Part shown: positions 62,267-64,000 of the stretch, in pieces
Layout: each line of letters begins with the position of its first letter
Position numbering within the stretch: the stretch's first letter is position 1
From: Malacoraja senta
Taxonomy: Eukaryota
Assembly: GCA_038087875.1 (NCBI GenBank)
Contig: CM075996.1
Coordinates: 6,202,001-6,266,000, forward strand
Direction of reading: 5' to 3'
DNA: 64,000 nucleotides
Program-made: the position numbers and the translations under genes
The notes under the pieces: generated by a model
Databases searched by the model: none
Told to the model about the DNA's origin: nothing
Seen by the model: only the letters and a program-made list of their open reading frames with translations

Positions 62267-64000
62267 TTTCAGCTCAGTTTAGTTTATTGTCACGTGTACC
62301 GAGGTACAGTGAAAAGCTTTTGTTGCATACTAACCAGTCAGCGGAAAGACAACACATGATTACAGTCGAGACATCCACATCCACAGATCTGTTGGAGTAG
62401 AGATTTGAAAGAGTGGAGCGTTTGTAATGTGTGATTGCAGATCCACCTGTGATGAGCATGTAAAGAGCAGCCTGGGCTGGGCACCACCATTAGAGTACGT
62501 ACTACAATATAATGAGAGACCAGATTTGGACGCTGATGTTACTGCAGATTTACAACTAATTCAAAACCTGAACTAGATCAGTGCCGATCAGCCCCATTTC
62601 AGCCGCCAGGTAATAGCATTGTAGGATTTAATTCCACTTAATGGATTTGACTAATCGTCTTGCTGAGCTCCCCAACCACTGCCACAGGAGCACGTGTCCA
62701 CTATGGATTCTGGTTTCATTATCAGCAGCAAACTCATGTGGACAGTCACACGTGGTAAACGATGCTTCAGTCACTGCCATCAGCTCTCCTTTGGAAGGCG
62801 AGATCCCACTTACGTAGAAACAGAGAGCATTGGAAACACCCAGCATCTGCGGAGAGAGAAACAGAGTCAATATTAGTTTAGTTTAGAGACTCAGCGCGGA
62901 AACAGGCCCTTCGGCCCACCGAGTCCGCGCCGACCAGCGATCCCCGCATACCAACACTATCCTACACACGCTGGGGACAATTTACATTTATACCAAGCCA
63001 ATTAACCTACAAACCTGTACGTCTTTGGAGTGTGGGAGGGAAACCAAAGATCTTGGAGAAAACCCACGTAGATCACGGGGAGAGTGTACAAACTCCGTAC
63101 AGACAGCACCCATAGTCGGGATCGAACCCGGGTCTCTGGCGCTGTAAGCGCTGTAAGACCACAACTCTACCGCTGCGCCACCGTGCCACCCAACAAACTA
63201 CAAACGCAGCTCTGTAAGACTTTGGTTAGGCCAATATCATTTGGAGTATTGTGCTCTGTTCTGGAAGGACGTTGAGGCTTGGGAGAGGTTGCAGAAGGGG
63301 GTTGCCAGGTCACTGGAGCTGTGAGGGAGCAGCACTACCTGATGCACCACTGTGCCGCCCAGCGGAGGGGTCTTCAGTTGAATTAATTTGTCTCCACAGG
63401 GTCTGAGCTCAGTGGGAACCACTCTGTGGCAACTTACATCTTACATGGTGTCAGAGAGACACAGCATGGAAACAGGCCCTTCGACCCATCGAGTTCGTCC
63501 TACAACAATTCCATTTAATTCTCCCCATTTCTCATCAACATCTCCCCAGATTCTACCAGCCACATACATTCTAAATTATTCTTAAATTGTGACCCCTTGT
63601 TCTGGACTCCCCCCAACATCGGGAATATTATTCCTGCATCTAGCCTGTCCAATCCTTTAAGAATGTTATATGTTTCTATAAGATTCCCTCCCATCCTTCT
63701 CAATTCCAGTGAATTTCAGGCCGAGACTCTTCTTCAGACTGAGAGTCAAGGGGAAAGGGAAATGAGAGATATAGACGGTGATGTAGAGAGATATAGAACA
63801 AATGAATGAAAGATATGCAAAAAAGTAATGATGATAAAGAAAACAGGCATTATTTGCTGTGGACTAGGTGTGAATCTGGAGGAATGCGTTTTCACACTGC
63901 TAATACGGATAGTGTTTAATTGTCATATGTACCAGCAATGGAACAATGAAAATACATACAGCAGCACAATAGGCCTGTAGACAATATAATATCAATACCA

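Noticed and set aside
57180..63960. A further protein-coding gene at the right end
   Set aside because: The unique-looking stretches (57180-57720, 58540-58970, 62390-62870) gave no exon with a recognisable translation; the listed ORFs are LINE/SINE derived or unsupported.

Overview
Eukaryotic, repeat-dense vertebrate DNA; the repeat content (tRNA-derived SINEs, CR1, Rex1-like, Penelope and Vingi-like LINE fragments) suggests a cartilaginous fish such as a skate or ray, which is an inference. Three + strand genes can be assembled from splice signals. (1) An Ig-superfamily receptor that the ORF track shows only in part (exons 3902-3929, 4768-4803, 9042-9338, 15020-15168; about 169 aa). It has leukocyte-receptor-complex (LRC)-type architecture: a split signal peptide with a 36-nt mini-exon, one C2-type Ig domain, an Arg-containing transmembrane helix and a C-terminal YxxV. 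Its last exon sits in a ~2.4-kb tandem duplication and is present twice. (2) A complete WBP11 gene with 11 coding exons (21205-36424, 632 aa). (3) An intron-containing CCDC96/CFAP184 gene: the last exon (51021-51272) is clear, the probable 5' exons follow an RFX X-box promoter, and the middle exons are missing at a 200-N assembly gap. The most notable non-coding feature is a 138-bp TSD-flanked retroposon (2342-2479) whose first 54 nt fold exactly into an HDV/CPEB3-like self-cleaving ribozyme. The window also holds many Penelope-derived hammerhead-like cassettes, a PIF/Harbinger-like MITE family, nested hAT-type elements and a 1.8-kb minisatellite.
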